Assembly (NCBI GenBank): GCA_050248855.1
Contig: JBFWRP010000007.1
Location: 1-64,000, forward strand
Direction of reading: 5' to 3'
Length of the DNA: 64,000 nt
Source: Planctomycetota bacterium
GTDB lineage: Bacteria > Planctomycetota > PLA2 > JAEUHO01
Shown here: one piece after another, positions 48,431 through 57,577 of the stretch
Numbering within the stretch: position 1 is the first letter of the stretch
Layout: every line of letters begins with the position of its first letter
Program-made: the position numbers and the translations under genes
Notes under the pieces: model-generated
Seen by the model: the letters and a program-made list of their open reading frames with translations, nothing else
Databases searched by the model: none
What the model was told of the DNA's origin: nothing

Positions 48431-50266
48431 CTAGCGCGTGGGTTCCGGAGCCGGCAGGCCGTCGCGTCCGAGCGGTCGGTACACGGTGCCTTCACGGAGG
48501 TGCTCGATCGCGAAGGGTCCGAGCCGATCCCCTTGGCGCAGCCCGTCGACCGCTTCCGCGCCCTCGACCACGTGGCCGATGACCACGAGCACGTCGGACA
48601 GCTCGCCCACCGTGCCCGTGACGAAGAGGAACCGGGAGCCGACCACGCCCTCCGCCGTGCGTTCGAGAGCGACGGCGCCGCGACGCGGCCGGCGCGGCGA
48701 GTCGGGCACCTCGATCGAGTAGCCGGGCCCGCCGGCGCCAACGTCGGCGCGTGCGGCCTCGGAGGCGCCGTCGGCCGTGCCGGGGTCGCCGAAGGCCACC
48801 CAGCAGCCCGGCACGGTGTGGTGCACCGCGAGCCCGTCGTAGAAGCCCTTCTGCACGAGCCAGATCCATTGGGCGACGGCCTGCATGGCATCGTCCTCGA
48901 ACAGCTCGACGACGACCGGACCCCGTGGCGTGGTGACGCGCACGCGCGGTCGCGGCGAGGGCGGCGTGCTCCAGGCGCGCCGCTCGATGGGCTCGCTCTG
49001 TCGCGCCGACGCAATGCGCTCGCCCAGCTGCACGATCCACGCATCGCCGGGGAAGCGTTCACGCAGCGGCTCCAGCAGGGTCGCTGCGGCGTCCGCCTCG
49101 TTCAGGCGGTAGGCGCGCTCGGCCCGGGCCAGCGCCACGCCGGCGCGGCGCCACGGGTCGTCGCCCGCCGCCTCCTCGAGCGCCGCGATGCGTGCGTCCA
49201 AGGCGGCGAGGTCGTTGGGCTCGCCGGCAGGGGCCTCGAGCGCGCGCCGCGCGGCCAAGCGCGCGTGCAGGCCGTAGCGGGCCTCGTTCCAGCCGGGCGC
49301 GCGCGCCAGCGCGGCCTCGTACGCCGTCGCGGCTTCGTCGAAGAAGCCCATGCGCTCCAAGATGTCACCCCGAGCGACTTCGATGGGGACGAACAGGTCG
49401 GGGCGCGCCTCGAGCATGCGGTCCAGGGGCTCGGTCTGGCGCACGCGCGCCGCGAGGCGGGACATCGCGCGGAACGCGGGGCGCGCGTCGGCGGCTTCCC
49501 CTTCGAACAAAGCCCGTAGCCAGCCGGCGAACGCCGTCCGACGGTCGAGCTCGCGCCGGGCCTCGGCCTCGAGGGCCGCCGCATCGGCGGCCGGAGCCTT
49601 CCAGCCGCCCTTTGGGGCGGCTACCGGCAGCCAGTGCCCGGGCCCGCGCGCGAAGACGCCCGCCGGCGCGTCCGCGACGACGTTGACCGTTCGCGTCAGC
49701 ACGGCCATCCCCAGGCGCCGCGGCGCCCCGGCGTCCGCATGCACGGGCCCCAGGGGCACGTACGCCTCCAGCGTCCAGCGGTCGCGCTGCGAGATGTCGG
49801 ACGCCGCATCGACGGGCAGGTGCACACGCGCGTCGACGAACGGCGCGACGACCGCCACGCGGTCGGCGCGCAGCTCGAACGGGCGGTACGTGAAGCCCCA
49901 GGCATCGGCCGCGGTCAGCGCCTCGGGGCCCGCCACGAACACGTGGAGCCCCAGCCCGGCGCCTGGCGACTCGTCCGCACGAACGCCGATCCACGCTCCC
50001 CTGTCATCGCGCAGCAGCCGCACGTCGACGGCGAGCGGCCTCGTCCCCGTCGGCGACTCGACGTCGGGCACGTCGACGGTCGCTGCGGGAACGACGAGGG
50101 CATCGCTCCAGGCGGCCTCGTCGAGGCGGCCGTCCAGGACGAGCCCCTCGGCGGCAGGGAGCGATCGCGGCGCTTCCTCGGCTCGACCCGGGCCGGCCGA
50201 GGCCACGGCGACGCCCAGCAGCGAGAGGGCGACAAGGCATGTGCGGGACATGGACACGGGCTTCAT
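48431..50266 (-). CDS. Secreted multidomain protein: CBM9-like, TPR and degenerate cyclophilin domain
   Basis: Signal peptide, LDGRLDEAAW...WTLE, TPR-like helices and GFYDGL..H...GDP...GGPGYSI...GSRF. Confidence 0.7.
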   Translation of the reverse strand: MKPVSMSRTCLVALSLLGVAVASAGPGRAEEAPRSLPAAEGLVLDGRLDEAAWSDALVVPAATVDVPDVESPTGTRPLAVDVRLLRDDRGAWIGVRADESPGAGLGLHVFVAGPEALTAADAWGFTYRPFELRADRVAVVAPFVDARVHLPVDAASDISQRDRWTLEAYVPLGPVHADAGAPRRLGMAVLTRTVNVVADAPAGVFARGPGHWLPVAAPKGGWKAPAADAAALEAEARRELDRRTAFAGWLRALFEGEAADARPAFRAMSRLAARVRQTEPLDRMLEARPDLFVPIEVARGDILERMGFFDEAATAYEAALARAPGWNEARYGLHARLAARRALEAPAGEPNDLAALDARIAALEEAAGDDPWRRAGVALARAERAYRLNEADAAATLLEPLRERFPGDAWIVQLGERIASARQSEPIERRAWSTPPSPRPRVRVTTPRGPVVVELFEDDAMQAVAQWIWLVQKGFYDGLAVHHTVPGCWVAFGDPGTADGASEAARADVGAGGPGYSIEVPDSPRRPRRGAVALERTAEGVVGSRFLFVTGTVGELSDVLVVIGHVVEGAEAVDGLRQGDRLGPFAIEHLREGTVYRPLGRDGLPAPEPTR

Positions 50267-50862
50267 GCGAAGGCTGCCAGGGCGAGACCGGCGGCCGCAG
50301 CCGTCGGCAGGTTGTCGTCGGGCGGGATGGGCAGGAGGCTGGCCAGCGCACCGGCCAGGGCCGCCGCGGCCGCCGGTAGCAGACGCGCAGGCGGCCCGAG
50401 CGCCAAGCCCGGGCCGATGCTGCTGCGGTCCAACGCAAGGACGGCGGCGTGAAGTCCCCAGGCGGCCAGCGCCCCCACCACGACATGGGCGAGCGTCCCG
50501 CTCCACGTGCCCTTGGCGTGGCCGAACAAGGCGGGCGAGGCCACGCGCGAGCCCACCCACCCCGCCGCCGCGTCGCCCAGGGCCAGGACGCCCCACGCTC
50601 CGGCGGCCAGCGGTCTCGGCAGGGCCACGACGAGCCCGAGCACCGCGAGCGGATAGGTGCGGACGCCGTTCCACCACCCTTCGCCGGGCCGCCGGAGTCG
50701 GGCGTCCAGGCCCGTCAGCGGAAACACGACGAAGCCGAGGACCACGCCGCCGAGGGCCGCGACCAGATGCCAGGGAGGGGGAAGCAGGCCGAGCGCCAGG
50801 GCGAAAAGCCCGGTCCCCGCATGCACGGCCAGACGCAGGGCGCTCGGCTCGTGCCGCGTCAT
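50263..50862 (-). CDS. CTP-dependent kinase / cytidylyltransferase-family membrane protein (dolichol/phytol kinase-like)
   Basis: LALGDAAAGWVG, KGTWSG and DDNL motifs with multiple TM helices. Confidence 0.7.
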   Translation of the reverse strand: MTRHEPSALRLAVHAGTGLFALALGLLPPPWHLVAALGGVVLGFVVFPLTGLDARLRRPGEGWWNGVRTYPLAVLGLVVALPRPLAAGAWGVLALGDAAAGWVGSRVASPALFGHAKGTWSGTLAHVVVGALAAWGLHAAVLALDRSSIGPGLALGPPARLLPAAAAALAGALASLLPIPPDDNLPTAAAAGLALAAFA

Positions 50863-51680
50863 GCTGCGCCCTGCGCCACGGTGCGGTCGAGCAACAGCCC
50901 GCCCGGTGCGAGAACCCGCCGCGCCTCGGCCCGCACGCGCTCGAGGTCGGTCCACGGCCCGCGGCCGTCGCCGGTCGCGAGCACGACGATGTGGAAGGCG
51001 CCGCTGGCCAGGGGCAGGGCCGCGGCGTCGCCGGCCACGAAGTCCACGCCGTCGCGCACGAGGGCATCCAGGTCGATCGGCACTTCCTTGGGCACGCCCG
51101 GAGCGCGGGGCGCAGGGACGGGCAGCAGGAAGGGCCCGTCGGTGACGGCGATGTTGCGTGCGCGGCGAACGCGCGCAAGGCTCCAGTCCACGCCCAGCAC
51201 GGCGTCGGCGAAGGCCCTCAGCTCGAAGACGGCGCGGCCCGCGCCGCATCCGATGACGAGCCCGTACGGCACGGAGTCGCCGCCGACGCGCGCGCGCAGC
51301 GCGTCCACGAGGGCGACGTCGTCGGGGTGCGGCCGTGTGTCGACCTCCGCCGGCGCATCGCGAACGAGGTCGCGGTAGTGCTCCGTCACCTCCTCGAAGG
51401 GCACGGCGTCGTGGCCGGCGCCCGCCACGCGGCGCAGGCGACGCACGACGCGTGGGTCGATGAGGGGCGTGCGCGCGATCACGTTTCCGTGTTCGCGGAT
51501 CCACGCGTCCAGATCGGGGGGGAGGAGCGCGACGCCCGCGGCGATGACACCGGCCCGGAGACGCGTCGGCTCCACCAGGAACCCCTCGACGATCTCGCCC
51601 TCGGCGCGCCGGGTCGCATCCAGCTCGAGCGGCTCGCTGCCACCCGGCCAGGCCAGCACGGGAAGGTGCCGGCGGTTCAA
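50859..51680 (-). CDS. Class I SAM-dependent methyltransferase with Trm112-like N-terminus
   Basis: IGCGAGR, LGVDWS and GDAAALPL...RRVLAPGG. Confidence 0.75.
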   Translation of the reverse strand: MNRRHLPVLAWPGGSEPLELDATRRAEGEIVEGFLVEPTRLRAGVIAAGVALLPPDLDAWIREHGNVIARTPLIDPRVVRRLRRVAGAGHDAVPFEEVTEHYRDLVRDAPAEVDTRPHPDDVALVDALRARVGGDSVPYGLVIGCGAGRAVFELRAFADAVLGVDWSLARVRRARNIAVTDGPFLLPVPAPRAPGVPKEVPIDLDALVRDGVDFVAGDAAALPLASGAFHIVVLATGDGRGPWTDLERVRAEARRVLAPGGLLLDRTVAQGAA

Positions 51681-52603
51681 GGGCGCGGTTCCGCGCGGGC
51701 GACGAGATCGGGCTCGACGAAGAGCTGCCGCACCCGCGGGAACCGCACGGTCACCAGCCGCTCGGTCGCGTTGATGTGCTCGATCAGTGCCGCCGCCGAC
51801 ATGGCGAGGTCGCGCGGACGCACCTTGGCGACGACCATGGCCTCGTCGATCCCGCTCCAGGTCGTGATGAGGTCGAGCACGTCGAAGCCGGCCTCCGTCC
51901 AGAGCGCCCGCACGCCGTCATGCAGCGGCTGGCTGGTCCGGAAGCCCACGACCAGGCGCCGGATCTGGTTGGCCAGGAACACGGCCACGACGATCAGCAG
52001 CACCCCGATGGCGCAGGTGCCGATGCCATCGAGCACGGGCTGGTCGAAGAGCACGGCGCCGCCCACGGCCAGGAGCGCCAAGACCAAGCCCAGCATGGCC
52101 GCCATGTCCTCGAAGAGGACGACGAGCAGGTTGACGTTGCCCGTGTCCCGCGCCCAGACCAGGAGCGGCGTGCCGCGACGCGCCTTCTGGCCCACGCGCC
52201 ACGCCACGTACAGCGAGCCGCCCTCGAGCACGATGCCGACCACGAGGACGCCCAGGGCCCAGCCGGGGCTCGTGATGGGGTGTGGATGGCGGACCTTGGC
52301 CACGCCCTCGACCAGCGAGTACACGCCCCCGAGCGTGAACAGCACCACGGCCACGATGAGCGCCCAGAAGTACGCCTCGCGGCCGTAGCCGAGCGGATGG
52401 TCGCCATCGCGGGGACGGGCCGCGCGACGCCCGCCCAGGAGCAGCAGCAGCTGGTTGCCGCTGTCGGCAAAGCTGTGCACGGACTCGGCGAGCATCGCGG
52501 AGGAGCCCGTGACGAGCGCGGCGACGAGCTTGGCGACGGCGATGCCCAAGTTGGCGAAGAACGCCAGCAGCACCACCTTCACGTTGCCATCTCCGCCCGC
52601 CAT
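51677..52603 (-). CDS. Cation diffusion facilitator (CDF) transporter
   Basis: AESVHSFADSGNQ, HPLGYGRE and FEDMAA. Confidence 0.92.
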   Translation of the reverse strand: MAGGDGNVKVVLLAFFANLGIAVAKLVAALVTGSSAMLAESVHSFADSGNQLLLLLGGRRAARPRDGDHPLGYGREAYFWALIVAVVLFTLGGVYSLVEGVAKVRHPHPITSPGWALGVLVVGIVLEGGSLYVAWRVGQKARRGTPLLVWARDTGNVNLLVVLFEDMAAMLGLVLALLAVGGAVLFDQPVLDGIGTCAIGVLLIVVAVFLANQIRRLVVGFRTSQPLHDGVRALWTEAGFDVLDLITTWSGIDEAMVVAKVRPRDLAMSAAALIEHINATERLVTVRFPRVRQLFVEPDLVARAEPRP

Positions 52604-52708
52604 CCCGTCTCCTTGCCCGCCACCGCCCCGACCTGTGGGCGGCGCATGATAGCGGGGCGCGGTAGCCGCGCGGAGCGCTGCGCCTCCTACCTGTCGCATA
52701 CTGTCGCC

Positions 52709-53260
52709 ATGTCGCTCCGAGGGCATCTGCTGGTCGCGCCCGCGCACATGGCCGACCCGAGCTTCGCGCACGCGGTCGTGCTGCTGCTGCAACACGACGG
52801 GTCGGGGGCGTTCGGCGTGATCCTCAACCGGCCGACGTCGGAGTCGATCTGCGACGTCTGGACCCGCGTGACAGGCGCCCCCTGCAAGGCCCGGGGGAGC
52901 GTGCACGAAGGCGGCCCGGTGCCGGGGCCCTTGGTGGCCCTGCACGGCGAGGGCGACCTGGGTGAGCTCGAGGTGCTGCCCGGCGTGTGGTGCTCGATGT
53001 CGGGCGACCGCATCGCCGACTTGGTGGAGCGCGACCCGCAGGCGCTGCTCCTCTTCGCGGGCTACAGCGGCTGGGGCGCCGGCCAGCTGGAGGGCGAGAT
53101 GCAGGCCGGGGCGTGGCTGTCCGTCGAGGCCCGCCGCGAGGACATCTTCCCGCGGACGACCGAGGGGCTCTGGGCCAGCGTGCATCGCAGGGCCGCCGAC
53201 GTGGACCCGTTCGCGGAGTTCGAGCGGGGCGCGGCCGGCCCCGATCCGCGCTGGAACTGA
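52709..53260 (+). CDS. YqgE/AlgH family protein
   Basis: DPSFAHAVVLL, GVILNRP, GGPV and GYSGWGAGQLEGE. Confidence 0.9.
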   Translation: MSLRGHLLVAPAHMADPSFAHAVVLLLQHDGSGAFGVILNRPTSESICDVWTRVTGAPCKARGSVHEGGPVPGPLVALHGEGDLGELEVLPGVWCSMSGDRIADLVERDPQALLLFAGYSGWGAGQLEGEMQAGAWLSVEARREDIFPRTTEGLWASVHRRAADVDPFAEFERGAAGPDPRWN

Positions 53261-53262
53261 GG

Positions 53263-53823
53263 GTGTCCCGCTTCACGCCGTCGGGCAGCGTGCCTCGCCG
53301 CGTCTGGGTGCTGGGCGTCACGGGGTCGGGCAAGACCACGCTGGTCAAGCGCTGGGGCGAGATCGCGGGCGTGCCGTCCTACGACATGGACGACCTGTAC
53401 TGGCGCCCGGGCTGGATCGGCGTCGGCGACGCGGAGCTCTACGCGGCCGTCGACGACCGCACGCAGCAGGAGGCGTGGGTCATCGGCGGCAACTACAACC
53501 GCGTCCGCACGCGGTTTGCGAGTCGCGTCGATCGCTACGTCTGGATCGACCTGCCGTTTCGCACGAGCTTCGCGCGGCTGTGCCGGCGCACGTGGAATCG
53601 CTGCCGCGAGGGCACCAGCATCTGCAACGGCAACCACGAGACCCTGGCCAAGGCGTTCCTGGACAAGGACTCGATCCTGCTCTGGGCCATCACCCAGCAC
53701 CGCCGTCAGCGGGCGCGAGCCGCGGCCACGGCGGCCGCCCACCCCACGTGGCACCTCCGCTCCCCGCAGGATGTCGCGCGGTTGGAGGCGTGGCTACGCG
53801 AGCGCCACGGAGGTGCGGAGTAG
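53263..53823 (+). CDS. Adenylate kinase-like P-loop protein (FlaR/topology modulation family)
   Basis: GVTGSGKTT, DDLYWRPGW, WVIGGNY and GNHETL. Confidence 0.8.
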   Translation: MSRFTPSGSVPRRVWVLGVTGSGKTTLVKRWGEIAGVPSYDMDDLYWRPGWIGVGDAELYAAVDDRTQQEAWVIGGNYNRVRTRFASRVDRYVWIDLPFRTSFARLCRRTWNRCREGTSICNGNHETLAKAFLDKDSILLWAITQHRRQRARAAATAAAHPTWHLRSPQDVARLEAWLRERHGGAE

Positions 53824-53834
53824 GAAGGCGGCCC

Positions 53835-53998
53835 GTACGGAGTCGGGTGGGATTCCAGCTTCGGGCTGCCTGGCTTCTCCGCGGGCGGGGGTGCGCTCCC
53901 GTACGGAGGCGGGTGAGTTTCCATCTTCGGGCTGCCTGGCTTCTCCGCCGGCGGCCGTGCAATGCGGCCCGATGGTGTATTCTCCCCCGACTCCGTAC
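53835..53998. repeat. Family C-related element: two direct arms plus one inverted arm
   Basis: GTACGGAG(T/G)CGGG at 53835 and 53901, each followed by CTTCGGGCTGCCTGGCTTCTCCG. CCCGACTCCGTAC ends at 53998. Confidence 0.75.
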
Positions 53999-54007
53999 CC
54001 GAGCGGC

Positions 54008-54442
54008 CTAGCCGAGCATCGCGCGCATCATCCAGGCGGTCTTCTCCTGCTCGTCGGCGAAGCCTTCGAGGAGGTTCAGCGTGGCCTCGTCGCCCGCCTT
54101 CTCGGCCTCCTTCACGCCGGCGCGCAGCCAGCCGTTGAGGCGGTCCAGGTCGTCGACCGTGCCCTTGACCATGGCCATCGCGTCCCCGCGGGCCTCGTCT
54201 TCCTCCAGGCGGGCCGCCTTCAAGGCCTCCGCCAAGGTCGAGTAGGGCCGGGCGCCCAGCGTGAGCACGCGTTCGGCCAGCTCGTCCACCTTCAGCGCCG
54301 CACCCGTGTACAGCTCCTCGAACTTGGCGTGAAGCTGGAAGAACCAGGGACCGCGCACGTTCCAGTGGTAGCCGCGCATCCGCTGGTAGTGGACTTGGTA
54401 GTCGGCCAGCAAGGCGTTCAGCGTGTCGGTCATCGGGGGCAT
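54008..54442 (-). CDS. dps: DNA starvation/stationary phase protection protein
   Basis: HWNVRGPWFFQLHAKFEELY, DELAER and EKTAWM. Confidence 0.95.
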   Translation of the reverse strand: MPPMTDTLNALLADYQVHYQRMRGYHWNVRGPWFFQLHAKFEELYTGAALKVDELAERVLTLGARPYSTLAEALKAARLEEDEARGDAMAMVKGTVDDLDRLNGWLRAGVKEAEKAGDEATLNLLEGFADEQEKTAWMMRAMLG

Positions 54443-54537
54443 GGGGGTCTCCTTCGGCGTACGGCCTTCGCTCGTCTGGAGGGAACAGGTTCGCCCAGGG
54501 GCGCCCTGCTGTCGAGTGGATCGGAAGGTGTTCGATG

Positions 54538-54552
54538 ATAGACTGAGGCTAT
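54538..54552. promoter_or_regulatory. OxyR/LysR-type binding half-site
   Basis: ATAG-N7-CTAT overlapping the oxyR start in the dps-oxyR divergent region. Confidence 0.6.
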
Positions 54553-55444
54553 GGACCGACCGACACTCCGACAGCTCGAGTACGTCCTCGCCGTCGCGGA
54601 GGCGGGGACCTTCCATGCCGGCGCCGAGAAGGCCTCGGCCTCCCAGCCCACGGTGAGCGCCCAGATCCGCTCGCTCGAGAACACGCTCGGCGTCGAGCTC
54701 TTCGAGCGCGGGGCGCGCGGTGCCACGCTGACGCGCGCCGGCGCCGCGTTCATCGCGCACGCGCGCGATGCGCTCGTGGCGGTCGACGAGGCGGTCAAGG
54801 CGTGCACCCAGGCGGGTACGCCGTTCACGGGTCACCTGCAGCTGGGGGCGATCCCCACCGTCGCCCCCTACCTCCTGCCCCGCACGCTGGCCGAAGTGCG
54901 ACGGCGGTGGCCTGGCTGGCGCGTCCACCTGACCGAAGCGCACACGGCGACGCTGCTCGAAGACGTGCGGGCGGGCCGGCTCGATGCCGTGCTCGTCGCC
55001 AAGGGCGACGACCTCGGCGATCTCTGGTTCGAGCCCGTGCGCGAAGATCCCTTCGTGCTGGTCGTGCCCAGGGCGCACCGCCTGGCCAAGCGGCGCAGCG
55101 TCATGCCTTCGGAGCTCGAGGGCGAGCCGCTGCTGCTGCTGGAGGAAGGCCACTGCCTGCGCGACCACGCCCTGGCCATCTGTAGCGCGCCCACGCAACC
55201 TGGCGTGGTCGACGTTCGCGCGGGAAGCCTCACGACCGTCGTGCAGATGGTCGCGGGCGGCCTGGGCGTCACGCTGTTGCCCGCGATGGCCCTGGAGGCC
55301 GAGCTGGCCGACGACCTGGATCTCGTGGCCGTGCCCTTCGCCAAGCCCAAGCCCTCGCGGGTCATCGGGCTGGCCTGGCGGCCCCGCACCGTGCGGACCG
55401 AGGAGCTGACCGCACTGGCGAACGTGATGGCTACGCGGACGTGA
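54551..55444 (+). CDS. oxyR: H2O2-sensing LysR regulator
   Basis: LysR HTH, IPTVAPYLLP and LEEGHCLRDHALAIC (both redox Cys). Divergent from dps. Confidence 0.9.
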   Translation: MDRPTLRQLEYVLAVAEAGTFHAGAEKASASQPTVSAQIRSLENTLGVELFERGARGATLTRAGAAFIAHARDALVAVDEAVKACTQAGTPFTGHLQLGAIPTVAPYLLPRTLAEVRRRWPGWRVHLTEAHTATLLEDVRAGRLDAVLVAKGDDLGDLWFEPVREDPFVLVVPRAHRLAKRRSVMPSELEGEPLLLLEEGHCLRDHALAICSAPTQPGVVDVRAGSLTTVVQMVAGGLGVTLLPAMALEAELADDLDLVAVPFAKPKPSRVIGLAWRPRTVRTEELTALANVMATRT

Positions 55445-55525
55445 GCGTCCCTCGTGGAGAACAGGGCTCACGCCGCCTCCCCTGGCGGGGGCTGGGCGCG
55501 CCCTCCTGCCGATGGATCCGGCGCG

Positions 55526-55914
55526 TCACGTGCGCACGAAGTGCATCTCCGGGTCGCCGTCCCGGGCTGGGAGGACGAGCATGTCGCCGTCGAGCTGCAA
55601 GTGCCCCGTGTCGCCATCGAACGTCACGTCGTAACCGTCGCCGGCCTTCTTCCACGTTCCCGTGGTCGTCTCCAGCACCTTCACGTCGCCCTCCTTGGGG
55701 CCCGTCATGCTGGCGGTGCCGTCGGCCCTGTAGGTCCACGTCATCAGGGGCGCCGCCCGGAGCATGTCCTCTGGGGCACCCTGCTTGCGGGCCCAGTCCA
55801 GATCGACCTTCCACGTGCCGACGAGGGGATCTCCCCCACCGCTGGTGCCGCTCTCGCCACAGCCGCGAGGAGGCCTGCGAGGCCGAACACGGCGACGAAC
55901 ATCAGCATCTTCAT
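55526..55914 (-). pseudogene. Lipocalin-like lipoprotein split by a 1-nt frameshift (or assembly error)
   Basis: Signal peptide MKMLMFVAVFGLAGLLA joins the frame encoding CGESGTSGGGDPLVGTW...TGTW if one G is added at 55863-55864. Confidence 0.7.
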
Positions 55915-56125
55915 GGAACGCCTCTCCTGCGGGGGCGCCTTCTCGCGCGGGCGTACGACGCCCTGCGCATCGCGGGCAGCCCCCTGCACGCAGCCTAGTG
56001 CGACGGGCACATGCGGGCGAACGCAGACCCGGACACGCCGGGCGCCAACCCCTGTGGGGCGCTGGAGGCAGGGCGACTTCGACCTTCCCGGACGGAACTT
56101 CTTCTCGGCGGCACGCAGACCGCCG

Positions 56126-56476
56126 TCAGACGTTGATCACCTTCGCGGCGCGACTCTGGGCCGCCACGATGTCGCCCATGCCGCCCACGATCCCGAGCTG
56201 GAGGCGGTCGGCAAGGCCGAACCAGTCCACGCACGTCTTGCAGGCGATCAACCGCACGCCCTTGGCCTCGAGCTTGGCGAGCGACTCGAGCGCCGGGCTG
56301 CCCTCGGCCAACAGGTGGACGCCCTGCGTGTAGAAGGCGATCGCGCCGGGCAGCGTGTCGTTGGCGAGCAGCAGCTCGAGATACGGCGTCACCAGCTTGC
56401 GGCGCAGCTCCTCGGGAGCGTTGCCCAGCCCGTCGTTGGTGAACTGGAGCAGCGTATCGGGACCGATGGTGGGCAT
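56126..56476 (-). CDS. DsrE family protein (YedF C-terminal-like)
   Basis: G.A..EL...L, FYTQGV, ACKTC and GIVGGMGDI. Confidence 0.8.
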   Translation of the reverse strand: MPTIGPDTLLQFTNDGLGNAPEELRRKLVTPYLELLLANDTLPGAIAFYTQGVHLLAEGSPALESLAKLEAKGVRLIACKTCVDWFGLADRLQLGIVGGMGDIVAAQSRAAKVINV

Positions 56477-56510
56477 GCGTGGTATCCGGGTGCGTCGCGC
56501 GAGGCGCGTG

Positions 56511-57377
56511 TCAGCGCTTCAGGCCTTCGATCTGGATGAGCGGCGGCAAGGGGCCCTGGGCCTCGAGCTGGCCGACGGTCGAGCGCAGCTCGTCGGCGAG
56601 CGCCAGGAACGCCTGCCGCACGTGGTCGGGCGTGGCCGGATCGGCCAGCGCCGGGCGGCCTGAGTCGCCACCCACGGCCACGGAGGCGTGCAGCGGGACT
56701 CCGCCCAGGAAGGGGATGGACTGCGTGCCGGCCCAGGCCTGCGCCCCACCGTGGCCGAAGACCTCGTCGCGATGGCCGCACGACGGGCACTCGTACCAGC
56801 TCATGTTCTCGACCAGGCCGACCACGGGGACCTTGAGCGTGCGGAACATGCTGACCGCGCGGTGGACGTCGACGAGGGCGACGTCCTGCGGGGTGGAGAC
56901 CACGACGGCGCCCGTCACCTGGGCGGACTGGGCCAAGCTCAAGGCCACGTCGCCCGTGCCCGGCGGCAAGTCCACGATCAACCAGTCGAGGTTTCCCCAG
57001 GCGACGTCTCCGAGGAACTGGCGGATGACCGTGTGCACGATCGGCCCGCGCACGACCATCGGCTTCTCCGGGTCCAGGAGGAAGCCCATCGACATCAAGG
57101 ACAGGCCGTAGGCCTCGACGGGGTGGATGTGGTTCGGGCCGGTTCCACTCGGCCGCTCGTGCGTGCCCAGCATGGTGGGAATCGAGGGGCCGTAGACGTC
57201 GCCATCGAGCAGGCCGACGCGCGCGCCGCCCTGCTTCAAGGCCAGCGCGAGGTTGACGGCCACCGTCGACTTGCCCACGCCGCCCTTGCCGGCGCCGACC
57301 GCGATGACGCGGCGAACGCCAGCCAGGGGGGCCGGGAGGGCGGGAGGTTGGCCGGGAGCGGGAGGAGGATTCGCCAT
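56511..57377 (-). CDS. mrp: Mrp/NBP35 (ApbC) Fe-S cluster carrier ATPase
   Basis: GKGGVGKSTV, DVYGPS, DLPPGTGD and ENMS..CPSC. Confidence 0.93.
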   Translation of the reverse strand: MANPPPAPGQPPALPAPLAGVRRVIAVGAGKGGVGKSTVAVNLALALKQGGARVGLLDGDVYGPSIPTMLGTHERPSGTGPNHIHPVEAYGLSLMSMGFLLDPEKPMVVRGPIVHTVIRQFLGDVAWGNLDWLIVDLPPGTGDVALSLAQSAQVTGAVVVSTPQDVALVDVHRAVSMFRTLKVPVVGLVENMSWYECPSCGHRDEVFGHGGAQAWAGTQSIPFLGGVPLHASVAVGGDSGRPALADPATPDHVRQAFLALADELRSTVGQLEAQGPLPPLIQIEGLKR

Positions 57378-57577
57378 GACTCCCGGGATACCGCGACGGC
57401 TCGTCGTCCGGCGACCGGATCCCGACCGCGCCCGGATCGGCGCTCACGCCGCAGGGTGGGCGCGCGTGGCGCGCAGCCGCGGCGCTACGGCCCCGGGAGC
57501 CGGCGAGCGAGGTCCCTGGGCGGCGGCCGGAGGAAACCGCATCGGCGTACACCGGGAGGCGGACGCCCGGCCGGCCT

